From the NCBI GenBank assembly GCA_032250835.1, contig JAVVEA010000008.1, positions 32,001 to 96,000 of the forward strand: DNA of 64,000 bases, read 5' to 3'. Shown piece by piece: positions 1 to 9,901 of this stretch. Made by a program: the position numbers and the translations under genes. The notes below the pieces were generated by a model that had not been told where the DNA came from, ran no database searches, and was given only the letters and a program-made list of their open reading frames with translations. Source of the stretch: a bacterium. GTDB lineage: Bacteria > SAR324 > XYD2-FULL-50-16. Position 1 is the stretch's first letter, and each line of letters begins with the position of its first letter.

Positions 1-441
1 AACGCAGATGGCTGGAAGGCCGTTTACCGGCAGCTACTGGCCCAGGGCTTGGTGGGCGTGGACCCAGAAAAGGGCGGGTTGTTTTTAAAAGGACCGGCCA
101 AAGAGGTACTCAAAGGCGAACGCCCCGTGTCTTTAAATGCCGCCCGAGAACGCAGCAAAGACCGCCCGGACCGCCCTGAGCGAGCCCCACGCAAAGGCCC
201 TGCTCCCTTCACTCGAGACGATTCGGGCGAATTGTTTGAGCAGTTGCGCCAGTTACGCGCCGAGATCGCTGGGCAGAAGGATCTACCCCATTACATCATC
301 TTCAACGACAAAAGCCTTTGGGAAATGGCCGAATACCGACCCCAAAGCCTAGTTGAGTTGGGGCGAATTTATGGAGTCGGCGAGGTGAAATTAGAACATT
401 ATGGCGACGATTTCTTGGGCGTGATCCGCGCTTTTGCCTAA
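1..441 (+). CDS. recQ: ATP-dependent DNA helicase RecQ, C-terminal part (RQC end + HRDC domain); 5' end is outside the window
   Basis: Frame open from base 1 (…WKAVYRQLLAQGLV…); HRDC signature LFEQLRQLRAEIA…PHYIIFNDKSL…IYGVGEVKLEHYG. Confidence 0.85.
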   Translation, partial: NADGWKAVYRQLLAQGLVGVDPEKGGLFLKGPAKEVLKGERPVSLNAARERSKDRPDRPERAPRKGPAPFTRDDSGELFEQLRQLRAEIAGQKDLPHYIIFNDKSLWEMAEYRPQSLVELGRIYGVGEVKLEHYGDDFLGVIRAFA

Positions 442-468
442 GCCCGCAAGGAGCTCAAGTTCGCCGTC

Positions 469-1215
469 CTAGGCCCGCAGCGCTAAGTTGAATTCGCGCA
501 AAAAGCGCCGTTTAGCCCATCCAAGGGCGGGCAGCAAAAAGGCCATACCCACCGCCAAATGCTCCCAGTAATTGACCGCTCCGGCCTGGACCAGCCAGTA
601 AGCCTTAAATATCCAATAGGGCGCAAAAACCAACCCCACCAGATTCTGAAAACTAAAGGGCAGCATAAAAGCCAACGCAAAGAACAGGCCCGAGGCCTTG
701 ATCAGGCGAGCCAAAGCCGCCGCTTGGCCCCGTTGCCCCGAAAAGGTCGAGAGCAAGAGCGCCATCAAAGGCGTTAACACCGCCGCCCCCAGGGAGATCA
801 GGGCCAAGGGCCCCATCGGCAAAGGCACCGGAGAAGCCAACATCAAGGTGCCTAGGACCGTAAAATAGGTCCACAATCCCGGCAGCCAGAGCCGGTAGGC
901 AAAAAAGCCGGTGCGGCTGATCGGTAAGACTGCCAGCGCCCTAAAGCCGCCTTCTCGCTCTTCTAACAACAACCGCGCCGACCACTGACCGATCCCCAGC
1001 GGGGCGAACCACAAAAATAAATAACCCAAGACCAGCGGCTCAAAGCGCAATAAGTTGAGGTCGTCTTTCAGCAGCAAGACCAAGCGCGGGAGTAGGTACA
1101 AGAAGAGGGCCGCATTGACCCAAGGACCGACCAATAACCAGCCCAGGGTCCAATCCCGTCGGCTGCGTAGTAGATCGCCTTTGATTAGGTGGCCGATTAC
1201 TTTGAAGGGGCTCAC
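469..1215 (-). CDS. ABC-2 type exporter permease (fluoroquinolone-export-like)
   Basis: Multi-TM protein with LLEEREGG…LAVLP motif; probable GTG start overlaps the upstream stop (GTGA at 1212-1215). Confidence 0.7.
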   Translation of the reverse strand: MSPFKVIGHLIKGDLLRSRRDWTLGWLLVGPWVNAALFLYLLPRLVLLLKDDLNLLRFEPLVLGYLFLWFAPLGIGQWSARLLLEEREGGFRALAVLPISRTGFFAYRLWLPGLWTYFTVLGTLMLASPVPLPMGPLALISLGAAVLTPLMALLLSTFSGQRGQAAALARLIKASGLFFALAFMLPFSFQNLVGLVFAPYWIFKAYWLVQAGAVNYWEHLAVGMAFLLPALGWAKRRFLREFNLALRA

Positions 1216-1895
1216 AACCGCCCCCAGCAGTTTTGCCGCAGCAGCGCCCGCCGCGCCGCCCAGAAGGCCAAAACCACCCAGGCCAGCGCGCCGCCGATGG
1301 TGACCGGTTGCCAAAGCCCCAACATCCAGCCCAGGGGGCCAAAGCCGGGCAACCAAAGCCAAGGCCCCTCGCCCCAACGCCCCAATAAACCCAGCAGGGG
1401 AAGCTGCAACAGCGCCAAGGTAAAGAGGGCGGGCCCAAAAAATTGGGCCAGTTGGGGGCGGCTGAGCGCTAGGTATTGCCCCAGAAAGGTCAAGAAGGCG
1501 GTGTAGGCCAACAGGCCCGGCAGCAATGCCAACACCCCAGAGCGCGGACCTAAAGAAAGCAAGGCCGCCGGGAGCACAAAGGCTAAATATAGCGCCCCTT
1601 GGCTCAGTCCCTTGGACAGAAGGTATTCGCTAGGCCGCAGGGGCGTTAAACGCAAACTTGCCAGCGCGCCGTCGGCTTGTTCTAACCAAACCAATCCGGC
1701 GGAAATAAAGAAACCCAAGGCACCCAAGATAGAGGCCAACCCGAGCGGCAGAGCTAATGCCCGCTGTTCGAGGGGCAAAAATCCGCGCAGCAGCAAGGCC
1801 ACCAAGACCCCCAATAGGGGAGCCAAGACCAGCAACCGTAACCGCAGCAACAGGCGCAAATCGAGCCGCAGTTGGGTCTTCAGTCGCCGGATCAT
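1212..1895 (-). CDS. ABC-2 type exporter permease
   Basis: Hydrophobic; LEQADGALASLRLTPLRPSEYLLSK motif typical of ABC-2 permeases; coupled to the ATPase gene. Confidence 0.75.
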   Translation of the reverse strand: MIRRLKTQLRLDLRLLLRLRLLVLAPLLGVLVALLLRGFLPLEQRALALPLGLASILGALGFFISAGLVWLEQADGALASLRLTPLRPSEYLLSKGLSQGALYLAFVLPAALLSLGPRSGVLALLPGLLAYTAFLTFLGQYLALSRPQLAQFFGPALFTLALLQLPLLGLLGRWGEGPWLWLPGFGPLGWMLGLWQPVTIGGALAWVVLAFWAARRALLRQNCWGRL

Positions 1896-2743
1896 GTCAG
1901 GTCCCTACCGGTTCGTTCTTTAAAGAGTCGCTTTAAATCCCGCTCGTCGCTGTGGATCGATTGGAGGCCGGGATGGGCGAGTAGGTCTAAAAACTGGAGG
2001 TTTTGGTGGAGCCCTTCGAAAGCGAAGCGGGCCTGAAGGCGTTGGCCCGCTTCTAGATAGGTTAGGGTCACTTCGTCTCGATTGGGTCCCAACAGTTCGC
2101 CGAGCGGGCCTAGCGCCTTGAGCTGTCCGGCGCAGATAAAGCCGACGTGGCTGCAAAGCCCTTGGGCCCAATGGGTTTGGTGGGTGGTCATCAACACCGC
2201 CCCGCCGCGCCCTGTGTGTTCGCGTAGCAAGCGGCCCAATAAATCCAACCGGTCGGGGTCTAGGCCAGCGCCGGGCTCGTCGAGCAATAAGAGATCCGGT
2301 TGGTGGACCAAACAGCGGGCCAGGGCCAATTGCTGCGAAAGCCCCCGGGAGAGCTGCCCCGCCGGGCGGTGCCGTTGATCGCTAAGCCCGCACCGGTCCA
2401 GTAATTCCTCAGGGTCCCAGCCGGGTCGGTCGTAAAACCCTTTAAAGTAGGTAAGGTTTTCTAAAACGCTTAAGCGCCCCAGATGGCCGGGCTCCTCGAA
2501 TAAAACCCCCAACCGCTCGAAACGGCTTTGATCGGTATGTTCTAAGGGTTCTCCAAAAAGCCGAACCTCCCCTTCGAAGTGGGGCAGTAGACCCAAGGCC
2601 GTCTTGAGCAGAGTGGATTTGCCTGACCCGCTGGGCCCCAGGAGCCCCAAAATCTCGCCAGGGTGCACCTCAAGCGTCACCCCCGATAGGGCTGCTTCGG
2701 CGTGGCCTGGGTAGCGATAGGTCAGATGGCTCAACGAGATCAT
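1892..2743 (-). CDS. ABC transporter ATP-binding protein
   Basis: Walker A GPSGSGKST, signature LSRGL, Walker B LLLLDEP, H-loop TTH. Confidence 0.93.
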   Translation of the reverse strand: MISLSHLTYRYPGHAEAALSGVTLEVHPGEILGLLGPSGSGKSTLLKTALGLLPHFEGEVRLFGEPLEHTDQSRFERLGVLFEEPGHLGRLSVLENLTYFKGFYDRPGWDPEELLDRCGLSDQRHRPAGQLSRGLSQQLALARCLVHQPDLLLLDEPGAGLDPDRLDLLGRLLREHTGRGGAVLMTTHQTHWAQGLCSHVGFICAGQLKALGPLGELLGPNRDEVTLTYLEAGQRLQARFAFEGLHQNLQFLDLLAHPGLQSIHSDERDLKRLFKERTGRDLT

Positions 2744-2804
2744 GGCGACAACTCCAAAAGATTGGGGTCATCTTCGCTGGCCAGGGACGCTTTGACAAGC
2801 TTTG

Positions 2805-3752
2805 CTAATCGTCGTCGTGCTCTCGGCGGTCTTTACGTTTATGTTCCTCTTCATGATCTTTATATTCCCTCGAACCGCCCTTTTGGGGCGCGACTGCTTC
2901 GGGGGTGTAGTTTTGGGTTTTTAAGGCGGCTCCTAGGGCCGAACTGCGCCTGCGGCGGGCGTCATGTTCGTCGCCGGTGCGGTGGCATTCGGCGCAGTTG
3001 CTGAGGTCGCGGATGCCTTCTTCGGCATGTTCGCCCCTCAAGCCCGACAAGCTGTGCTCGTGGCATTCGGTACAGCTGTAGGTCTTATAATCTTCGCCCA
3101 GGTGGCAGGTCTTGCAGTCCGCCGGATGGTGCCGATCAAAACGGAACCATTTGCTGTGCTCAAAGTTAGCGGGCTTGAAGGCCTTGGTGCCGTGGCAGTC
3201 GCCGCAGCTAGACGCACTCTGTTGGTGAAGGCGGTCTTTGGGGGGCTGGTGGCAACTAGCACAAGCTACCTGGTTGGCGATGGCTTCATGGTCCATTCGG
3301 GCCGGTTTGAAGGCCTGGGTGTTGTGGCAGGTGGCACAACTGGTTTTGAGGGGCTCATGCAGCCGGTCTTTGGGCGTGGCGTGGCAGGCCTGACAATCGG
3401 CCAACAAAGGCTTGGGGAGGGCCTTATGACCGAATTTGCTTTTGGTTATTGGGCCATGTTCGCCGTGGCAGGCGAGGCAGTCGCTGGCTTTCATCTGCTG
3501 GTGGAATTTAACCTCTAGCCCTTTGCCGATGCTGACCGCTTGATCTTCTTTAGCGGCAAAATCCTGGGGGCGGTGGCAGCTGACGCAGGCTTCACCCATT
3601 GCGCCCGGCTGGTGACAGTCCAGGCATCCTTGGGTCTTTTCGGCGTGGGCCGGGATCAGGGGGCCCGGCGATAAGAGCACCTCGGGCCAGATCCAAGCCG
3701 CCATGAGAAAAAGAGACAGCAACCAGAAAGACAGCATCAAGGCGCGCTTCAT
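2805..3752 (-). CDS. Multiheme (10 CxxCH) cytochrome c, class III-like, exported
   Basis: N-terminal signal/TM (MKRALMLSFWLL…); CxxCH motifs CLDCH, CVSCH, CLACH, CQACH, CATCH, CASCH, CGDCH, CKTCH, CTECH, CAECH; acidic/His-rich tail. Confidence 0.9.
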   Translation of the reverse strand: MKRALMLSFWLLSLFLMAAWIWPEVLLSPGPLIPAHAEKTQGCLDCHQPGAMGEACVSCHRPQDFAAKEDQAVSIGKGLEVKFHQQMKASDCLACHGEHGPITKSKFGHKALPKPLLADCQACHATPKDRLHEPLKTSCATCHNTQAFKPARMDHEAIANQVACASCHQPPKDRLHQQSASSCGDCHGTKAFKPANFEHSKWFRFDRHHPADCKTCHLGEDYKTYSCTECHEHSLSGLRGEHAEEGIRDLSNCAECHRTGDEHDARRRRSSALGAALKTQNYTPEAVAPQKGGSREYKDHEEEHKRKDRREHDDD

Positions 3753-3754
3753 GA

Positions 3755-4321
3755 CTAACTCCAAAACCAAAGGATGCTGATGATATGAACGAGGGACAAC
3801 AGCAAGAAGGTGGCCGTAATGGGCAGGTGGGCCCGCTTCCATTGGCCCAGCGCTTTGAGGGTCAAGGAATCAATGATGAGGGCCTCTTCTTGTTCTTGCT
3901 CCGCCAATCCCCGGGCGGCCAATTCAGCGCGGCGGGCTTTTAGTTGTTCTCTGGAACTTTTGAGCAGATACTTACCGACCAGTCCGCTGCCGGTGGCCAC
4001 CAGCAAGGCCAAAGTCGCCGCCCAAGGGAGCACCGCATTGAAGTGAACCCCCGAATGCACCAAGATCAACAAGGCACCGAGCCAAGCCAGGAATTCGTGG
4101 GAACGCAGCCAAAGAGGCAGAGGGCCCGCTTTAAATAGCTTTCGTTTGCGTAAGGAGTAGGCGAAACTAGAAGCTAAGATCAAGACCCCCAATAGCCCGG
4201 CCCAGCGGCCCAAGTAGAGTAGGCCCAGGCTGTGCAATATGCCGTCGATGGCCAGAGTGGCAAGGACCAACAGGGCGAAATTCAGCACAAAGGGTGTGAC
4301 CTTTTGGGTCAAGATCGTCAT
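3755..4321 (-). CDS. Integral membrane protein with paired TM histidines (cytochrome b / ferric-reductase-TM-like)
   Basis: About 5 TM segments; WLRSH…LVHSG and WKRAH…LVH His pairs; GGAGG RBS before ATG at 4321; stop lies 2 nt before the cytochrome start. Confidence 0.7.
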   Translation of the reverse strand: MTILTQKVTPFVLNFALLVLATLAIDGILHSLGLLYLGRWAGLLGVLILASSFAYSLRKRKLFKAGPLPLWLRSHEFLAWLGALLILVHSGVHFNAVLPWAATLALLVATGSGLVGKYLLKSSREQLKARRAELAARGLAEQEQEEALIIDSLTLKALGQWKRAHLPITATFLLLSLVHIISILWFWS

Positions 4322-4360
4322 AAAACCTCCTGGGTGATGCAACCAGTCTAGGCCCTTAAG

Positions 4361-4388
4361 ATGAACGCGCCATGAACTCCAGATGAAG
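4361..4388 (-). promoter_or_regulatory. Three TTCAT direct repeats at 11-bp spacing: candidate OmpR/PhoB-type response-regulator site
   Basis: ATGAA at 4361, 4372 and 4383 on + strand, 40-67 bp upstream of the start at 4321. Confidence 0.5.
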
Positions 4389-4403
4389 GTGCGGTGAGAT
4401 ATA

Positions 4404-7400
4404 TTACAGGCTATCGATTACCGTTTCTAGGTTCTCGGCGGCTTTATCTAAGTCGAAGTTGTCGATATGTTCGATCATTTCCATCACAATATAGGCCGCC
4501 GGATGGTCGCCCAACAACGACAGTGCCTCGTGAGCTACCCGGTCGGCGCTGATCGCCTCCCCACGCTCGATAATCGAACCCAACTGTTTGAGCTTGCGCC
4601 GCGCCGCTTCGACGTCCGCCGGCCCGTAAGATTCGTTGGCCTTACTGGTTCCGTGCTCGGCCAGAAGGCCCTGGATGGAGGTTATTACCTCACCCAGGCG
4701 GGTGGCAACTGCTTCGGCGTAAGCTGGTAGGCGATTGGGGTCTAAACTGGCCGCCCCTTCTTCAAGTTCTTTGGCCGCCTGGGCCAAGGCGTTGGCCGAG
4801 ATGTTTCCCGCCGTTCCCTTGAGCCGGTGGCCTAACTTGGATAATTCGGCAAACTCCCTATTCTCGGCTAGGCTGCGCAGTTGGAGGGCCGTTCCTTGGT
4901 GGTTACGTAGGAAGTTGCTTAAGGCATCCAGGTAAGCCTTTTGGGAATCGCCCCATCGGCTTAAGCCTTGAGCTAAATCTAAACCGATCAAATGTTTGCC
5001 TGCGAGCCCCGCGTTCGCTTCGGTAGCTTCGATTTCGTCCTGGCCCATCTGGGGGTGTCCCAAAAGCCGGTCGATCTCGCGGTAGAGCCGGTCAAAATCC
5101 AGCGGTTTGGGGCATTGGCCGTCCATGCCTGCGTCTCTCACGGCTTGGGCCACTTCCCCTTCGTCTGAAGCGCTGAGCGCTAGAATCGGCACCCGCCCCT
5201 CGGGCCGGATGCCCTCTAATTCGCGAATTTTTAGGGAGGCCTCATAACCGTTGAGCTCGGGCATTTGAAGGTCCATTAAGATCAAGTCGAAGTCTTTAGA
5301 CTTAAAAAGTTCGACTGCCTCAAGCCCGTTTTTGGCTATGGTGATCATCATCTTCTTGGATTTTAGCCGGGTCTGGACTAATAGGCGGTTGGTTGGGTCA
5401 TCTTCGACCACCAATACTTTAGGGGCGCTGGTAAAGTTGCGGCTGCGGACCTTGGTCGCCTCGGGCCTGGAAGCCGCTTGGGTAAGGGGGTGGCGTCGCT
5501 GGTCGGCCTCTAAGAGCCGCTCTTTAAGCTCCTCACGCTTGACGGGTTTAAACAAGAATAAGGGTTCCCCAAGGTCGGCTAAGGCCTTTTGGTGTTGGGG
5601 GGTGATGAAACTGAACAAGAAAATTACTGGGCAATCGCTGTAGCCCGGGATTTGTTTGATTTGATTCGCCAGAGTGATGCCGTCGGTTTCGGGCATTTGC
5701 ACGTCGATCATCAAGAGGTCAAAGGGCTTGTCGCGCCGCGATAAGATCTTACGGGCCGACTCGGCGGAGTCGGCTAAACTAGGAGCCAAGTCCCAGCTAG
5801 ACAGCATGTCTTTAAAGGCCGTTAGGTTGGCCGCATTGTCGTCGATCACCAGCACTTGGCGTAGGTGCAGGTCTTGGATGTGATTACCCCGTTCCTCATG
5901 TTCGCTTTGAGGTAAGTTGAGGGTGATGTTGAAGAAAAAGGTGGTCCCCTCGGTTTCAACGCTTTCCACCCACAACTTTCCACCCATCAACTCCACCAAT
6001 TGCTTGGCGATGGTGGTGCCCAGGCCTGTGCCGCCGTATTTTCGGGTGGTGCTGCCGTCGGTTTGGGTAAAGGAGTCAAAGACGCGGGCCAAGCGGTCTT
6101 TGGGGATGCCAATCCCGGTGTCCTTGACGGCAAAGGCCAAGGTTAGGTTTTTTTCGCTGCGTTCCTTTTCGGTTACGCTGATGATCACTTCCCCTTCGTG
6201 GGTGAATTTGATGGCGTTGCCGATTAGGTTGACTAGGATTTGGCGGATTCGGGTCGGGTCGCCGTTAACGAACGCGGGGACCTGCGGGGCGATGTGTAAG
6301 ATGAAATCAAGACCCTTCTTCTGCGCATCCAAAGATAGGGTCTCCATGGTGTCTTCCATCAACTGCTCGATATTAAAATCGATCTGCTCTAGGTCCATAT
6401 GCGCCCCTTCCATCTTCGAAAGGTCCAGAATGTCGTTGAGCAGCTTCAACAAGGCTTTGGCCCCGCCGTTGGCCGCTTGGATATAGCGGCGCTGGTTGGG
6501 GGTTAGGTCGGTTTCTAAGGCCAACTCGGTCATGCCCAAAATACCGTTCATGGGGGTGCGGATTTCGTGGCTGATGTTGGCTAAGAAAGCGGATTTTAGT
6601 TTGTTGGCTACCTGCGCTTCTTCTTTGGCGCTGATCAAGTTGGTCTCTAAAGCCTTTTGGTCACGGATGTCGCGTAGCAGTCCGGTAAAGATCATTTCCC
6701 CGGCGAAGCGGGTTTCACTGACCGAGAGGAACACGGGCCGCAGGCTGCCATCTTTGTGTTTCATGTTTAATTCGCGTCCCTTGCCGATCACCTTCTGCTT
6801 GCCGGTGCGCAAGTAGGCTTCAAGGTAGTCATCATGAAACTTCGCATCAGGCATAGGCATTAAGATCGATACATTGCGGCCCAGAGCTTCTGATTCTCTA
6901 TAGCCCGTCAGGTTCTCGGCGGCTTTGTTGAAGGATTCGATGATGCCCTTCTGGTCGATGGTGATGATCCCGTCTACGGCGGTATCCACAATGGCGCGGA
7001 ACCTTCCGTAAGACTCCACTAGGCTGTTTTTCATCTGGTTAAAGGTTTGGGTCAGGTCGCCCAATTCGTCATTGCTTTCAACGGGGATGTCATCACCTAG
7101 GTTACCCGCTGCAAAGGCTTCGGAGGCACGGGCCAATTTGCGCACCGGGCGAGTGATCGCCGCTGATTTTCGCATCGAAAAGACCACCGCACTGACCAAC
7201 ATCACCACAATCAAAACCAGCGTCAACACCATCGAAAGGTTTGAAACCCAGGTGGCGTTGGCCGCGTCGGCCTCGATTTCGGCCCCCAAAAGGCCGTCTA
7301 AAATGCGGATCTGAGCGGTCAGCTGGGCTTCTAAGGGGCGCAACTGTTCGGTTTGCAGATGCATGGTCTGGTTCCAAGTGGGCTGGCCCCGCTCGTCCAT

Positions 7401-8162
7401 GACCGAAACGCAGACCTCCTTAAATTCCCTTAACCAATCTAAGGTCGGCCTCAGGCGTTGCCGGGCGGCACCGGTTGTCTGGCGGTGCAGCGCTTGGAGT
7501 TGAACGCTGGCTAGGTCGAGGCTTTTTTCTAAGAGGGCCAATTGTTCAGACTGCCCGGTGGTGAGGAACAACTCCATGCGCAGGTCGATGGAATCAAAGT
7601 TCCGCGCGAATTGGTCCAACTCGTTGGCCAAGGCCGCTTGGCCTTGTTTGCGCGTCAAGGCCGAGGCCGCTTCAGTTGATTCTAGTAACTTCTGGTGTAA
7701 GTCATGCCCGTTGGCTTGGTACGCCATTTGGGCCGGGAGGTTTTCCGGTTGGTGGGCTAGCTCCTCGGCCTGGGCTTGTAAGGTATGGAGTTGAGCCAGT
7801 AACCCAATCAGAAGGTCTAGGTTGTGGCTGATCTCGACCTCATCGGCTTGGGTCAGCTCCCGTAACCGACGAAAGGACGGGAAAATCCCTTCGCGCCAGA
7901 TGCTGTTGCGTTCTACCCGGAATTCATGGTTTTGCTCAGAGATGTAGTGTTGTAGAATCACCGCACTCTGGTAGACGCCCCGGTCGATGTGGTCTAAGGA
8001 CTCCATCCGGGGCTGGCTGATCAAAGCCAACTTGTGGGTCGACGAGCGCAGCGCATAGCTGGTAGCCAAGGTGATCAGCAGCAACACCACGCCCAGCAAG
8101 GCAATGCTCAAGTGGCTGGTGAGGAGTTGCTTTTTGAGACTGGTACGTTTTTTAGGGGGCAT
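4404..8162 (-). CDS. Hybrid sensor histidine kinase (periplasmic sensor, HAMP, FixL-like PAS, HisKA, HATPase, 2 REC, HPt)
   Basis: Two TMs; HAMP (…NDELGDL…FNQM); PAS ILMPMPDAKFHDDYLEAY; H-box FLANISHEIRTPMNG; G2 GGTGLG; REC IDVQMP and MDLQMP; HPt GHRLKGTAGN. Start inferred at MPPKK. Confidence 0.92.
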   Translation of the reverse strand: MPPKKRTSLKKQLLTSHLSIALLGVVLLLITLATSYALRSSTHKLALISQPRMESLDHIDRGVYQSAVILQHYISEQNHEFRVERNSIWREGIFPSFRRLRELTQADEVEISHNLDLLIGLLAQLHTLQAQAEELAHQPENLPAQMAYQANGHDLHQKLLESTEAASALTRKQGQAALANELDQFARNFDSIDLRMELFLTTGQSEQLALLEKSLDLASVQLQALHRQTTGAARQRLRPTLDWLREFKEVCVSVMDERGQPTWNQTMHLQTEQLRPLEAQLTAQIRILDGLLGAEIEADAANATWVSNLSMVLTLVLIVVMLVSAVVFSMRKSAAITRPVRKLARASEAFAAGNLGDDIPVESNDELGDLTQTFNQMKNSLVESYGRFRAIVDTAVDGIITIDQKGIIESFNKAAENLTGYRESEALGRNVSILMPMPDAKFHDDYLEAYLRTGKQKVIGKGRELNMKHKDGSLRPVFLSVSETRFAGEMIFTGLLRDIRDQKALETNLISAKEEAQVANKLKSAFLANISHEIRTPMNGILGMTELALETDLTPNQRRYIQAANGGAKALLKLLNDILDLSKMEGAHMDLEQIDFNIEQLMEDTMETLSLDAQKKGLDFILHIAPQVPAFVNGDPTRIRQILVNLIGNAIKFTHEGEVIISVTEKERSEKNLTLAFAVKDTGIGIPKDRLARVFDSFTQTDGSTTRKYGGTGLGTTIAKQLVELMGGKLWVESVETEGTTFFFNITLNLPQSEHEERGNHIQDLHLRQVLVIDDNAANLTAFKDMLSSWDLAPSLADSAESARKILSRRDKPFDLLMIDVQMPETDGITLANQIKQIPGYSDCPVIFLFSFITPQHQKALADLGEPLFLFKPVKREELKERLLEADQRRHPLTQAASRPEATKVRSRNFTSAPKVLVVEDDPTNRLLVQTRLKSKKMMITIAKNGLEAVELFKSKDFDLILMDLQMPELNGYEASLKIRELEGIRPEGRVPILALSASDEGEVAQAVRDAGMDGQCPKPLDFDRLYREIDRLLGHPQMGQDEIEATEANAGLAGKHLIGLDLAQGLSRWGDSQKAYLDALSNFLRNHQGTALQLRSLAENREFAELSKLGHRLKGTAGNISANALAQAAKELEEGAASLDPNRLPAYAEAVATRLGEVITSIQGLLAEHGTSKANESYGPADVEAARRKLKQLGSIIERGEAISADRVAHEALSLLGDHPAAYIVMEMIEHIDNFDLDKAAENLETVIDSL

Positions 8163-8242
8163 CAACGGGCCTAGAAGGGTTGGATTTGACTGAGCATAAC
8201 CTGTTGGTCCATCCTTGAAAAGTATAACCAAACTATTGAGGT

Positions 8243-8953
8243 GTGAACTTGTCAGAAGGATTGGAGTTTTTGGCCAAACGTGGCCTGATGCGGGTTGCTA
8301 GCTTTAATAGGGACCACCTACCGCCCGAGGTGGCGGGCTATTTTACCGATCTCCCAGCTGGCGGGACCTTGATCCTGATCGGCCACGGCGGGCAACTGTT
8401 TTGGCAGATGGCGCGGGCCCATTGGCCTGAGGGTAAGGACCCAATCGACCGGCTTTCAAAGCGCTGGGGCGAGCGTTTTGCCGCCTTAGAAGGCTTGAGC
8501 GAGCCGCGTATTCTCTTTCCCTTCGGCGAGACCCGCCGTCCCCTGTTGTCCCTCGCCCGGCTGATGGGCATGGGTTTTACCTCGCCTTTGGGGATGACCA
8601 TTGACCCAGAATTTGGGCTTTGGACGGCGCTGCGTTGTCTGATCTGGACCCCCGATTCCTTTGAGGCCCCGACCCAGCCGCAGCAAGCGCACCCCTGCGA
8701 AGACTGTGGCCCAAAGCCCTGCTTGGCGGCTTGTCCGGTGCAAGCGCCCCAGTGGCCCGGTGAGATGTTGCGGGATGTTTGTGTAGATGAGCGGACCCGA
8801 GAGGGGTCCGATTGCGCGCGGGCCTGCCTCTCAAGGCTGGCTTGCCCGCTCGCCGAAGAGCACCGTTATCTTCAAGAACAGCGCGACTATCACGGCGGCA
8901 TTTCCTTGGCGACCATCTCGGCCTGGAAACAGGCCAGCCAAGGCAAAGCCTAA
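8243..8953 (+). CDS. 4Fe-4S protein, QueG/epoxyqueuosine-reductase-like ferredoxin
   Basis: SPLGMTIDPEFGLW.ALR segment plus CEDCGPKPCLAACP and CVD…CARACLSRLACP cysteine clusters. Confidence 0.6.
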   Translation: MNLSEGLEFLAKRGLMRVASFNRDHLPPEVAGYFTDLPAGGTLILIGHGGQLFWQMARAHWPEGKDPIDRLSKRWGERFAALEGLSEPRILFPFGETRRPLLSLARLMGMGFTSPLGMTIDPEFGLWTALRCLIWTPDSFEAPTQPQQAHPCEDCGPKPCLAACPVQAPQWPGEMLRDVCVDERTREGSDCARACLSRLACPLAEEHRYLQEQRDYHGGISLATISAWKQASQGKA

Positions 8954-8990
8954 GCGCACTCTGGGCTAGTGACCCCTTGGACGGATTGGT

Positions 8991-9901
8991 TTATGTACCT
9001 TCCGTCTCTCGCGGGGGATGCAGGGCCCTCAGTTCATCCTCCCCTTCCCCACTCAGCAGCAAGACCACCCACCCGATCATCGGTCCTTTGTCTTTCGGGC
9101 CGCTTTTGGCGATCAGCCGGGGGAGGGCGGTTGGGGCTTCAGGGCTGATTTTGTTTTTTAAGGCCCCCATCCGCCTTTTGCAGGAACCAGATGCACGCAA
9201 AGGCCCCCGATCCGCTTGTTGTAGCCGTTGAAGGGGTGGTTTTTGACGACGAAATAAAGCCGGTTCGCCGCCTTTTCTTCAACCCTAGGGTAGGCATCTT
9301 ACCCGAAGGCCGACTGGAAGACGCTCCCCAAAATCCCGCTTAAAGCCCCCTGGGTTTTTTCTTGAGCAAACAGAGCGGTGGCGTGGTTTTTCTGGACCAG
9401 TTCGGCCTCAAACACCTCCACCGCCCGGTAGAGTTCCTCTGCCTCTAGGGGGATGGTCGTTAGGCACTTACCTTGGCAGGGTAGTTGCTCTTCATCGTAG
9501 GCTTTTAAAGAAAACCAAGTCTGGGCAAAGGCCGCCACTAGGGAAAACAGGTCGCCCGGCCCCATCGCTTGGCTGCCCGCGCTCCGCCGCCTTAAGTCCT
9601 CCACCGCCGCCAGAAAGGCCCGTTGGTTTTGCTCGATCCGTGCCGGGTTGATCCTGTACTCTGCGGTGATGTGTTGCTTTAGGGTCTGGGTGGCCCATTG
9701 CCGGAACTTGGTGGCCCTTTTTGAGTTGACTCGATAACCCACCGAGAGGATCGCATCTAAGTTGTAGTGGTTCGTTAAATAGCTCTTGCCATCGGAGGCG
9801 GTTATCCGGAATTTCCGGACAGAGGTTTCCGGCCCAGGAGAGGTCTGGGGTGGTCGCGGCTTTATGGGTGCGGTTTGCTTGGCGGCCAAGCTGCTTGACA
9901 A
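8991..9901 (-). pseudogene. Degraded RhuM-family / Fic-Doc fusion gene
   Basis: RhuM core (KFRITASDGK.Y…YNLDAILSVGYRVNSKRATKFRQWAT); in-frame TAA at 9299-9301, then continued homology (AYPRVEEKAA…YFVVKNHPFNGYNKR); frameshift to …ISPEAPTAL…KDKGPMIG; N-terminus missing. Confidence 0.8.

Noticed and set aside
9299-9301. Programmed read-through (Sec/Pyl) in RhuM-Fic
   Set aside because: The stop is TAA and the gene has further lesions, which indicates decay
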